From an uncultured Thermodesulfobacteriota bacterium (GTDB taxonomy: Bacteria; Desulfobacterota; B13-G15; RBG-16-54-18), in contig CAZFIR010000092.1 in assembly GCA_964519535.1 (NCBI GenBank), forward strand, positions 1 through 34,261: 34,261 bases of DNA. Direction: 5' to 3'. The translations under genes and the position numbers were made by a program. The notes under the pieces were generated by a model. The model was given only the letters and a program-made list of their open reading frames with translations, ran no database searches and was not told the DNA's origin. Positions 1 to 7,529 of this stretch are shown one piece after another (within the stretch, counting starts at the first letter, position 1; each line of letters opens with the position of its first letter).

Positions 1-289
1 CCAGGTGGGTTGACTTTCCCAAGGGGCCGATGATATCGAGGAAGGCATCTCCCTCCTGAAAGGTGCGCATCAGGGCCGTGGTCTTCCCCACGACCTGGAA
101 GATGATATCGATGGTCCCTCGCGTTGCATCGGTCCCGGCCATCGTGAGGGGTATCCTCTCGCCGGTCTCATTGGGCCTGAGCACTATAAACTGTCCTGGC
201 TTGGCCTTTTTGGCGATAAGGGGGGCCTCAATCTTGAAGTGACAGACGGTATTTTCCGCCATTTCCCGCTTCTCTAATATCTTAAACAA
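1..289 (-). CDS. nfnA: Sulfide/dihydroorotate dehydrogenase-like FAD/NAD-binding protein (NfnA/SudB family), 5' part; runs off the window edge
   Basis: Hand translation from TTG at 289 (GAGGAGG RBS upstream): MFKILEKREMAENTVCHFKIEAPLIAKKAKPGQFIVLRPNETGERIPLTMAGTDATRGTIDIIFQVVGKTT...IIGPLGK. PGQF, ERIPLT, VVGKTT and GPLG are typical NfnA/SudB motifs. Confidence 0.85.
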   Translation of the reverse strand, partial: MFKILEKREMAENTVCHFKIEAPLIAKKAKPGQFIVLRPNETGERIPLTMAGTDATRGTIDIIFQVVGKTTALMRTFQEGDAFLDIIGPLGKSTHL

Positions 290-322
290 GGTTCCTCCTC
301 CCTATACCTGATTCTCTTTGCT

Positions 323-340
323 TTGTGTGAAGTATCACAA
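323..340. promoter_or_regulatory. Putative Rex-like operator upstream of the nfnA-like gene
   Basis: TTGTGTGAAGTATCACAA: 18-bp TTGTG-N8-CACAA palindrome 34 bp upstream of the start codon. Confidence 0.45.
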
Positions 341-354
341 AATTCCGCCCTCTG

Positions 355-948
355 TCAAGGTTCCGATGGGTCGATAAGATGAAGAATCTCCTGCCACAGC
401 CGCTTTTTCCCCTCCCCTGTTTGTGAAGAGAAGGGGCCGATCTGGTCCGGATTGACGGAAAGGGCCCTGGCTGTTTGATACAGGGCCTTGGTGACCTTGT
501 TCTTAGAGAGTTTATCGGATTTGGTCAGGATGAATATGCTGTGATGCGAGAGGGCCTTGAGCCAGGCGATGAGGGAGATATCCAAGGGGGTAGGGCCCAA
601 CCGCGCGTCAATGATGACCACCACCCCACAGAGGTTTACTCTGCTTCTACAGTACTGTTCTATGAGGGGGCTCCATTTTTTGCGCACCTTTTTGGGGATC
701 TTGGCATATCCATATCCGGGCAGGTCCACCAGGCAGAAGGAGCCATTCACCAGGTAGAAGTTGATGGATTGGGTCTTTCCCGGGGCAGCGCTGGTTCGGG
801 CCAAACCCTTACGGTTTACCAGGGTGTTTATGAGGGAGGATTTCCCCACGTTTGACCTCCCTGCGAAGGCCACTTCCGGGTAGCTGCCTGAAGGAAAACC
901 GTCTGTGGGATAGACGCTCTTGATTAAGTCAGCGCTCGTGATCTTCAT
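355..948 (-). CDS. engB: Ribosome biogenesis GTP-binding protein YihA/YsxC (EngB)
   Basis: GRSNVGKS (G1), PGKT (G2), DLPGYG (G3), TKSD (G4). Likely true start is ATG at 948 (MKITSADLIKS) with a GGAG RBS, not the 1131 ORF start. Confidence 0.93.
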   Translation of the reverse strand: MKITSADLIKSVYPTDGFPSGSYPEVAFAGRSNVGKSSLINTLVNRKGLARTSAAPGKTQSINFYLVNGSFCLVDLPGYGYAKIPKKVRKKWSPLIEQYCRSRVNLCGVVVIIDARLGPTPLDISLIAWLKALSHHSIFILTKSDKLSKNKVTKALYQTARALSVNPDQIGPFSSQTGEGKKRLWQEILHLIDPSEP

Positions 949-963
949 GCCCGCTCCAGGGGT

Positions 964-992
964 GTTATACCAAATCCAGGAGGGGATGGCAA
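964..992 (-). promoter_or_regulatory. Sigma70-type promoter for engB
   Basis: Minus strand TTGCCA-17 bp-TATAAC with extended -10 TG, just upstream of the 948 start. Confidence 0.5.
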
Positions 993-1080
993 AGATTTTG
1001 CAAGATATTATTCTCAGAAAGGCGTTCATAAGTTCCAAAAAGCTTGACGTTTTGCACAATGAAGAAGTAATATGTAGGGT

Positions 1081-2244
1081 ATGTTGCCCATCAAGAATAT
1101 AAGGAGGATTATTGCCAAGGCCTCTCAGCAACCGACGTATGCCCTGCGGGCGGGCCGGATGCGCCTCTTGTCAAACTTGAGCTATCGCTTTCTAAGGGGT
1201 CGAAGCACGCCTCCTGAGACCGTCTCCCTGTTGCTCACCTATCAGTGCAATCTCAGATGCCAGATGTGTGGGCAGTGGGGCGAGCGGGGGAGCTTAAAAG
1301 ACCGCCCCCTTAGCGAGACCAAGGTCTATATGGATATTTCTATCATAGAAAGGCTCATCGGCGAGATCAAGGGCTTTCACCCAACCATTACCCTCTTTGG
1401 GGGAGAACCCTTGCTCCATCCCCAGTGGAAGGAGATCGTAACGCGGATCAAAAGGTCAGGCCTTCGCTGCAACATGATCAGCAACGGCATCCTGCTCAAA
1501 AAAAGGGCCGAGGACGCGGTCCAGTTGGATTTGGATGAAATCATTTTCTCCCTGGACGGTCCCTCCGGGGTGCATGATGCCATTCGGGGAGGGAAGGGTG
1601 TATTCAACAGGGCGTTGGAGGGTTTTCAATACCTCGCGGAGGTGAAGAAGAGATATGGGAAAAAGAGGCCGCGAGTGAATGTCAACACGGTTATCTGGGA
1701 GGAGAACCACACGATACTGGGTGATATCGTGGAGCAGGCGGGTCGTTTCGGGGCTCAAACAATCACCTTTCATCACCTCATCTTTGCCGACCAAGAGGCC
1801 TTTGATGAGACAGAGCGGATCACGCAGGCAGCCCTCAACTGCAATTCCCCTGATTGGGCCGGGTTCATCATGGATGAGCTGCCACGGATAGATCCAGAGC
1901 AGATCATTATGCAGAAACAGTTGATCGAACAGGAGAAAAACTCAGTGCCGGCCTTCTTCTATCCCAATTTCACCGATGAGGAGATCAGGGCGTACTATAC
2001 CTCTTTTAACTTCCTTCCGTCTTCGTATAAGCGGAGGTGTCTCAGTCCTTGGATGGTGGCCTACGTGCTCCCGGATGGATCGGTCAAGCCCTGTCTTAGT
2101 CTGGGTTATGAGATGGGAAACCTGAAGGAGGACAGTTTTCAGGAGATATGGAACGGAGACCGGGTGGTACGGTTTCGCCGTCTCCTCAAGGAAAGAGGCT
2201 ATTTCCCGGTCTGTCCCCGATGCACGGAGTTTAGTAGATTTTAG
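1081..2244 (+). CDS. Radical SAM protein with C-terminal SPASM/Twitch domain
   Basis: CNLRCQMC (CxxxCxxC), GGEP, SLDG; C-terminal CLSPW...DGSVKPC...GNL...IWNG...CPRC. Confidence 0.9.
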   Translation: MLPIKNIRRIIAKASQQPTYALRAGRMRLLSNLSYRFLRGRSTPPETVSLLLTYQCNLRCQMCGQWGERGSLKDRPLSETKVYMDISIIERLIGEIKGFHPTITLFGGEPLLHPQWKEIVTRIKRSGLRCNMISNGILLKKRAEDAVQLDLDEIIFSLDGPSGVHDAIRGGKGVFNRALEGFQYLAEVKKRYGKKRPRVNVNTVIWEENHTILGDIVEQAGRFGAQTITFHHLIFADQEAFDETERITQAALNCNSPDWAGFIMDELPRIDPEQIIMQKQLIEQEKNSVPAFFYPNFTDEEIRAYYTSFNFLPSSYKRRCLSPWMVAYVLPDGSVKPCLSLGYEMGNLKEDSFQEIWNGDRVVRFRRLLKERGYFPVCPRCTEFSRF

Positions 2245-2299
2245 GTTATTTGATCGTGGTTATCACAACATGACATGAGTGTCGGTTTTTGAATTTAAA

Positions 2300-3472
2300 T
2301 CATCGGTGTTGTGCGGTACAGTCCCGATGTCGTTCTCTTCCCTTCTGTCCGGGCATTATGAGGGATAATAAAATATCTTTGACGTTCTCGGTTTTATGTG
2401 GATGATACAGTCTGTCGGCCCATTCCAACCGATTCATCAACTCTCGGCCAATCTCATGTCCCAACAATTGTTCTTTGTATGTGGTGAAAGAAAAATCTTT
2501 GCTCTTGAGCGCGTGCGCTATGGAGTCGGCTGCTACATGCCCATACCCTAAGCTGAATGAGATCCCCTCACCCCACAAGGGATCAACCCCTGCGGCATCA
2601 CCGACCAGGAGCACCCTGTTGGCCGAGAAGATCGATGCGGGATGAAACCACCTAATTGGCCATCGCTCAATCCGACCTTCATTTAGTGAAATACCCTGCG
2701 CTGCCAAAAACTCGGCGATGATCTTTTTCAGGAGAGGGCCGTCCTTTTGCGAGGTGGAAAAACCGCCCACACCCGTGTTCAGCCATGTTTGGCCATGGAT
2801 TGCCACGGGGAAGGACCAGACATAACCTCGAATCCCATGCCGAAATGTACAAGAGAAATCAATGACTGCTTCCTGCTCTCTCTGTTCAGAAGGGTTCAGA
2901 CTGTCGGCACGCGTCATAAAACGCAGCGTCATGCCAGTGTTCCTTGGGCCCCGTTGCCCAGCGTTTTGGTAAAGCTTTCTGCGTATGATGCTTTGCGCAC
3001 CATCGGCGCCTACTAAAACCCGTGTAGTGAGACTGCGATTGGGAGTTTGCGCAACAATTGCTTCATCGCTGTATGAAAAGGAGATCACGGCCTCGTTCTG
3101 GGCAACTGCAACGCCCAGATCCATTGCTGTGCGGACTAACGTCTCATCAAATTCTTCTCTGATTACCGTCCGCAATCCGCCCCCATCAAGGCAATATTCC
3201 ACATAGCCGTCATCATCAAGGGCGATGCGTGTCCTTTGAACAGTCAAGGATGCTATCGTCATCTTGATGCCAAGGTGCTGTAACCAGTAGTCAGTATATG
3301 CACCAATTCCTCCCCCGCAGATTTTCTTTCGGGGATGGGTTTCTTTTTCCAGTACTATCAGACGATCGCATATTGACGGGAGGAGCTTAGTCAGATGTAT
3401 GGCCGTCGAGATACCGGCAGGTCCGGAACCGACGACGATGCAGTCATATTCTGTTTCTCTCGAGCTGCCCAT
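2300..3472 (-). CDS. FAD-dependent oxidoreductase, geranylgeranyl reductase family
   Basis: GSGPAG Rossmann motif, PRKKICGGGI, GADG, LVGDAAG-DPLWGEGI. Confidence 0.85.
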   Translation of the reverse strand: MGSSRETEYDCIVVGSGPAGISTAIHLTKLLPSICDRLIVLEKETHPRKKICGGGIGAYTDYWLQHLGIKMTIASLTVQRTRIALDDDGYVEYCLDGGGLRTVIREEFDETLVRTAMDLGVAVAQNEAVISFSYSDEAIVAQTPNRSLTTRVLVGADGAQSIIRRKLYQNAGQRGPRNTGMTLRFMTRADSLNPSEQREQEAVIDFSCTFRHGIRGYVWSFPVAIHGQTWLNTGVGGFSTSQKDGPLLKKIIAEFLAAQGISLNEGRIERWPIRWFHPASIFSANRVLLVGDAAGVDPLWGEGISFSLGYGHVAADSIAHALKSKDFSFTTYKEQLLGHEIGRELMNRLEWADRLYHPHKTENVKDILLSLIMPGQKGRERHRDCTAQHR

Positions 3473-3571
3473 AATTCAGTGCACCGTTTTCAGGAGATTT
3501 GCGACCAATGGTACTGGAATAGTCGGATTGTATAATCATGACCTCAGTAGGACAAATTTTAGATATGAGTT

Positions 3572-4471
3572 TCACGAATGTGAGGTCTCTTTGCCAACCT
3601 CCCAAGCCCTTGATGTTAAGGCGTAATGTAGGCTGATATTCTCTATGTCCTTTGCAATTATTTCATCTTCTACAAGGCAAAGGGCGACAGAGATGGGGTT
3701 TAGCTGATATGATTGGCTCAAGATATAATTCAAGATTTGTACGTGGCTGTAGGCCAGGCTAAGCCGACGGTTATTCAGGAGGCGAACAAATCTGGTAGGG
3801 CGTTGCGGATTAAAATGTAATAGACGTCTTCCATCGCCCTCAAAGGAGATATGGAGTAGGTTGGACCCCTCGATAAATACCTGCACCGCATCTCGAAGTT
3901 TGAGCTTGCCCATGAGTGCGGTATTGTTGAAGTCCAGACGGTCAAGGAAAGGATATATCTCTATACTAGTTCTTCCATCGAAATACATATCAATCCCAAA
4001 CGGAAATTCCTCATGGACCAGATAATCGCGGATGCCATCCAGGGGTGGATGTAGCAAGAGGGCCTGATCTATCTTTTCAGGGCATTCCCTGACGATAAGA
4101 TAACACTTGACCTTCGAATCATTCGTGTTCGTTTTATAATCCAGACCTAGGCCTATTGCTACCACCCCTGAGAAGTCGCGGCCATTGTCAGTGATTTGAG
4201 ACAGCATACTATGGTTTAAACGTACGTTTTTACACCGTGAAATTTCGTGGAGAAAATCGTATATTTTTAGAAGGCCTTCTTGGATATCTTGTTGTTCATA
4301 TCCCAACCTGAGCCTTCCCGCATGGATACCTTGGGGGGAGATCTTAACTGAGCATTCCAGTATAGAACAGGGGGGTGTAGATAATAATGCTTCGAACAGC
4401 TGAAAAAAAGTATTATCCTCTAATCCGTACTCTTTTTTATGGAAATCATAGACGAGGATTAATGGGTTCAT
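3572..4471 (-). CDS. LynF/TruF/PatF family peptide prenyltransferase
   Basis: ~300 aa with the motif order recalled for cyanobactin F-proteins: H...LF, ILECSVKI...AGRL, DFSGV..GLGLDYK..DSKVK, PEKIDQAL, GIDMYFDGRTSIEIYP. Recognised by eye. Confidence 0.8.
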   Translation of the reverse strand: MNPLILVYDFHKKEYGLEDNTFFQLFEALLSTPPCSILECSVKISPQGIHAGRLRLGYEQQDIQEGLLKIYDFLHEISRCKNVRLNHSMLSQITDNGRDFSGVVAIGLGLDYKTNTNDSKVKCYLIVRECPEKIDQALLLHPPLDGIRDYLVHEEFPFGIDMYFDGRTSIEIYPFLDRLDFNNTALMGKLKLRDAVQVFIEGSNLLHISFEGDGRRLLHFNPQRPTRFVRLLNNRRLSLAYSHVQILNYILSQSYQLNPISVALCLVEDEIIAKDIENISLHYALTSRAWEVGKETSHS

Positions 4472-4575
4472 GCAGGGGTTATCTCGGTTGCTACATATAT
4501 CAGGAGGAGATGATCCTTCTTGTTGCAGAGCTGAGGCACTTGTCTATTTCATGTCCTCACTCAAGCAACAAAAAT

Positions 4576-4740
4576 CTAGGAAATCTGAGAGGTTGAACAA
4601 GTGGTATTCCAAATCGTCTGACAGTTGTTAGTATACGCACCGCCTCTGGTACTTGATTTGCACAGCTGGAGGATCGCTTCCTCTGCCCTCCCCTTAAACA
4701 ACACGATCAACTTGGGTTTCGTCCAGCGCTTGTTTTTCAT
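4576..4740 (-). CDS. Putative RiPP precursor peptide A (54 aa)
   Basis: Hand translation: MKNKRWTKPKLIVLFKGRAEEAILQLCKSSTRGGAYTNNCQTIWNTTCSTSQIS*. GGAGG RBS; paralog at 5138-5299; lies in an RRE/rSAM cluster. Confidence 0.88.
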   Translation of the reverse strand: MKNKRWTKPKLIVLFKGRAEEAILQLCKSSTRGGAYTNNCQTIWNTTCSTSQIS

Positions 4741-4815
4741 CGTTTATATCCTCCGTCTTTTTTATACTATGAACTGATCGCTTATTGTTGTAGCCAACAA
4801 ACATCTATCTCGTTG

Positions 4816-4843
4816 ATTATATCATATTTTTTATTACATGCAA
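4816..4843 (-). promoter_or_regulatory. Sigma70-type promoter of precursor A
   Basis: Minus strand TTGCAT-16 bp-TATAAT with extended -10 (TGA-TATAAT). Confidence 0.6.
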
Positions 4844-4889
4844 TTTTTTGCCCCAGTTTTTGGAAATCATTATGCCTTGGATTGGGTCC

Positions 4890-5010
4890 CCTATCAAAGA
4901 TTCTGAAGTAGCAAGGGCCCCTCGTTTCTTTATGGGTGTCAGCCCTGGCGTGAGCAGCCTGGCAGAATGAGGTAACCGCTCCAGGTATCTGGAGGGCAGG
5001 ATGAGCGAGC
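4890..5010 (-). pseudogene. Degenerate duplicated 3' end of the radical SAM gene at 5458-6600
   Basis: Translation AHPALQIPGAVTSFCQAAHARADTHKETRGP aligns with the rSAM C-terminus AHASLETGEMDAPIIYFCRVAHARAEALKTAKGP. Confidence 0.7.
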
Positions 5011-5137
5011 TTGTTGCTCAGTTGATGCACTTGTCTATTCCAGGCCCCAACTTGTCCTGCTCCTTGAATTTAAAGTCTAAGGAAAGCAGCCGGAGGTGGC
5101 CCTTTGGCCAGATGTCGCGAAGCGACACAGTAAAAAT

Positions 5138-5299
5138 CTAGGAAGCAGTCTGAGTAGAACATGGTCGACTACCATGCCTACAAGGGTCTTGTTTTGGGCC
5201 AGATACGCCCTGCCACTTACACGACAGAAGTACCGCTTCCTCCGGCCTTCCCTTAAACAACGCTACTAATTTGGGTTTTGTCCAGCGCTTGGTCTTCAT
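5138..5299 (-). CDS. Putative RiPP precursor peptide B (53 aa)
   Basis: Hand translation: MKTKRWTKPKLVALFKGRPEEAVLLSCKWQGVSGPKQDPCRHGSRPCSTQTAS*. GGAGG RBS; leader nearly identical to precursor A. Confidence 0.88.
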   Translation of the reverse strand: MKTKRWTKPKLVALFKGRPEEAVLLSCKWQGVSGPKQDPCRHGSRPCSTQTAS

Positions 5300-5374
5300 C
5301 TTTTTTAATGGCCTCCGTCTTTGATACTATGAACTGATTACTTTTCTGTAGCACTAAGACATCCCATTGTTGTA

Positions 5375-5403
5375 ATTATAGCATATTTTTATCTGCATGA
5401 TAA
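5375..5403 (-). promoter_or_regulatory. Extended -10 promoter of precursor B
   Basis: Minus strand TGC-TATAAT, with TTATCA 17 bp upstream of the -10; same position relative to the ATG as in copy A. Confidence 0.55.
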
Positions 5404-5457
5404 GCAACATTTGGCCCATATTTTTGGGAAGCACTATGCTTTGGGAATAACCCTATG

Positions 5458-6600
5458 TCAGCGCTCCCGAGTCAGCAAGGGGCCTTTTGCTGTCTTAAGT
5501 GCTTCAGCCCTGGCATGGGCGACCCGGCAGAAATAGATAATTGGCGCATCCATTTCCCCGGTCTCAAGTGAGGCGTGGGCAGGGCACCACATACAGAGAT
5601 TGATCAAAGGACATACCCGACACGTCTTTAGAAACTCGTCTCTTTCCGATTGCATTGCCCGCACCTGGGGGATAAAGCATTGCCAGGCATCGGTGAGGGT
5701 CCCTTGTTTCAGGTCATAGACACAATCGGGGTGCCAGACGGATGAGCAGAGGCGAAAAAGGCCGTCGTAGCTGAGGCTGAAACTATCGCTTCCTGCACCG
5801 CAATGGAAGAGGTGGTTACATGTTGTATGGGAAAATTGTTGGTCAATGAGTTTGTCACACCCTTTTTCCAGGGCCTGAAACCGCTCTGGATCAGACTGTT
5901 CCAAGGCTACGATTTCTTCGGGAGAGAGCCTTTCGGCCTTAATCTCAGCATTTCTTACAGGGTTCCCGTCATATCTCAGGTGTAGAAACGGATCAAAGCG
6001 GAAGTAGTCCTTTGTTCTTTCTCTGCAGAAGCGGGCAATCGCCGGCTGTTCATGGAGATTGGAACGCAGGGCCATGGCCTTAAGACGCACGTTCAGCCCG
6101 CTTTTCATGAGGAGCTTGAGTCCTCGACGAAAGGCTGCAAAAGAGCCTGCCTTGCGAGTTACCCCCTCATAGGATTCCTTGCTGCATCCGTAGACCGAGA
6201 CCTCGATATCCCTCGGTGGATACTCCTTGAATAGTTTGATATGCTCTTTTGTTACCAGGGTGGCATTGGTAAAAACCGAGATCAAAAGCCCCTTCTTCTT
6301 GAGGTAGAGATAGATATCGGGGAAATCATCCCTCAGGAGGGGCTCACCTCCGGTGATCAGGCACCACAAGGCGCCGAGGGATACGGCCTCCGTTCCTATT
6401 CCTTGTATCTCTTGCAGAGAGAATTCCTTTTCTTTTGCCTCTTTATCCGCAGCCGGAAGGTTGATGTAACAGTGGCGGCAGTTGTTGTTGCACCGGGCGG
6501 TAATCTCCAGGTCAAAGGAGATGAGCGCTCTTTTCTCTCGCATCTTCTTCCAGAGGGGAAGGTCATGTAAGGCAGCGGATGAAACATACGATTCACTCAC
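5458..6600 (-). CDS. Radical SAM/SPASM peptide maturase (paralog 2)
   Basis: CNNNCRHC, TGGEP; SPASM Cx17C...Cx2Cx5Cx2Cx18C. Confidence 0.9.
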   Translation of the reverse strand: MSESYVSSAALHDLPLWKKMREKRALISFDLEITARCNNNCRHCYINLPAADKEAKEKEFSLQEIQGIGTEAVSLGALWCLITGGEPLLRDDFPDIYLYLKKKGLLISVFTNATLVTKEHIKLFKEYPPRDIEVSVYGCSKESYEGVTRKAGSFAAFRRGLKLLMKSGLNVRLKAMALRSNLHEQPAIARFCRERTKDYFRFDPFLHLRYDGNPVRNAEIKAERLSPEEIVALEQSDPERFQALEKGCDKLIDQQFSHTTCNHLFHCGAGSDSFSLSYDGLFRLCSSVWHPDCVYDLKQGTLTDAWQCFIPQVRAMQSERDEFLKTCRVCPLINLCMWCPAHASLETGEMDAPIIYFCRVAHARAEALKTAKGPLLTRER

Positions 6601-7156
6601 CGGGCCGACTCCTCATAAAAAAACGCACAAAACGCCAGACGGGGTTTAGTAGGGGTAAAAGCCCTTTGCGAATCACGAAGGCTATGATAAAACGATCCGG
6701 GCCGAGGCCGAGAGAGATGTATTTTCCGTTTCTCTCCACCTTAGTCACACGTCCCAAGATTGCTGCCCTGGAGATTAAGCCGTCTCCCTCTGGAGCATTA
6801 TCCCCCTTGGTGAGGTAAGAGCCAGCCTTTTTCCCTATTATTCGATGGATGATGAGCTTGCCGGTATGGGGATGCGTGAAGACCACCACATCACCAAAAC
6901 CGGGGGCAGATGTCTGTACGGGGGTAATGGTGAGGACATCGCCATCCTTGATAAAGGGGGACATACTGAAACCCTTGCCTTGAAACCTGAAGCACGCCCC
7001 CTTACTCAGCACACCTCGCATGAGTTTTTCGAGATGTTGGCTGGGGAGAGATAGTTCCTTTCCTCTCTTAATAACAAGGGCTGGTTTCTCCTGAGCGTCG
7101 TGCAAGGTATGTGATGACGGAGTGTTCATAGTATTTAACACATAACCTAACGGCAC
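6593..7156 (-). CDS. S24/S26 family peptidase (signal peptidase I-like, Ser/His type); start uncertain
   Basis: GFSMSPFIKDGD...GDVVVF...IIHRI...TKGDN..D...ILGRV; no obvious N-terminal transmembrane helix. Confidence 0.8.
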   Translation of the reverse strand: MPLGYVLNTMNTPSSHTLHDAQEKPALVIKRGKELSLPSQHLEKLMRGVLSKGACFRFQGKGFSMSPFIKDGDVLTITPVQTSAPGFGDVVVFTHPHTGKLIIHRIIGKKAGSYLTKGDNAPEGDGLISRAAILGRVTKVERNGKYISLGLGPDRFIIAFVIRKGLLPLLNPVWRFVRFFMRSRPGE

Positions 7157-7171
7157 ATAAAGAACGGGTTA

Positions 7172-7480
7172 TTACGAAGAGGCTTCAACGATCATCTTCC
7201 TCTTGAGGAGTTCTTCTGCAAGCCCGATGACATCCTTCTCGATCTCGTCGGGCGGCGCCTCATATTCTGCAGAGAGCTCGTCTGCTACCGCCTTCAAGCT
7301 CTTTTTGCCGTCCAGCTTTGCCCAGATGGCCCTTCCGGTTTCATTCAGGGTAAAGAGTTCGTCCTCCATATCCCCCATGCCGGCAACCAGGGGGACGATG
7401 ATGAGTTCTCCCTCAATCTCCCGGCACACCAGGTCCGCCGACGGGCAATAGGCGGCATCAAAGTTGACCTTTGTTTTCAT
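7172..7480 (-). CDS. Stand-alone PqqD family protein (RiPP recognition element)
   Basis: 102 aa, REIEGELIIVP...LFTLNETGRAIWAKLDG...L...Y....IEKDV...L; GGAGG RBS. Confidence 0.92.
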   Translation of the reverse strand: MKTKVNFDAAYCPSADLVCREIEGELIIVPLVAGMGDMEDELFTLNETGRAIWAKLDGKKSLKAVADELSAEYEAPPDEIEKDVIGLAEELLKRKMIVEASS

Positions 7481-7529
7481 AAAGACCTCCTTACATAGTT
7501 ATCGTATGGCTCGAGACCAAATCACCTTT

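Larger units (their letters stand above)
4520..5585. repeat. Diverged tandem duplication (~4520-5010 and ~5011-5585) of rSAM 3' end + promoter + precursor gene
   Basis: Blocks shared by both copies: ttgttgc..gcacttgtctatt, aaaaatctaggaa, cccttaaacaac, gtccagcgcttg, ctccgtctt, atactatgaactgat, tcagccctggc, ggcagaa. Confidence 0.8.

Noticed and set aside
949-1131. N-terminal extension of the 258-aa engB ORF
   Set aside because: EngB similarity begins at MKITSA (948), which has its own RBS and promoter; the extension overlaps the divergent rSAM gene.
4782-5030. 82-aa ORF as a third precursor or functional protein
   Set aside because: It lacks the WTKPKL leader and is explained as the decayed rSAM tail reading through promoter DNA.
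3572-5299. Cyanobactin cluster
   Set aside because: No PatA/PatG subtilisin proteases, no YcaO, and no PatE-type leader or recognition sequences.
4576-7480. Lasso peptide cluster (WxxPxL leader, RRE, kinase, nucleotidyltransferase)
   Set aside because: No asparagine-synthetase-like cyclase or transglutaminase-like B2 protease in the window; core A has no Asp/Glu for a macrolactam.
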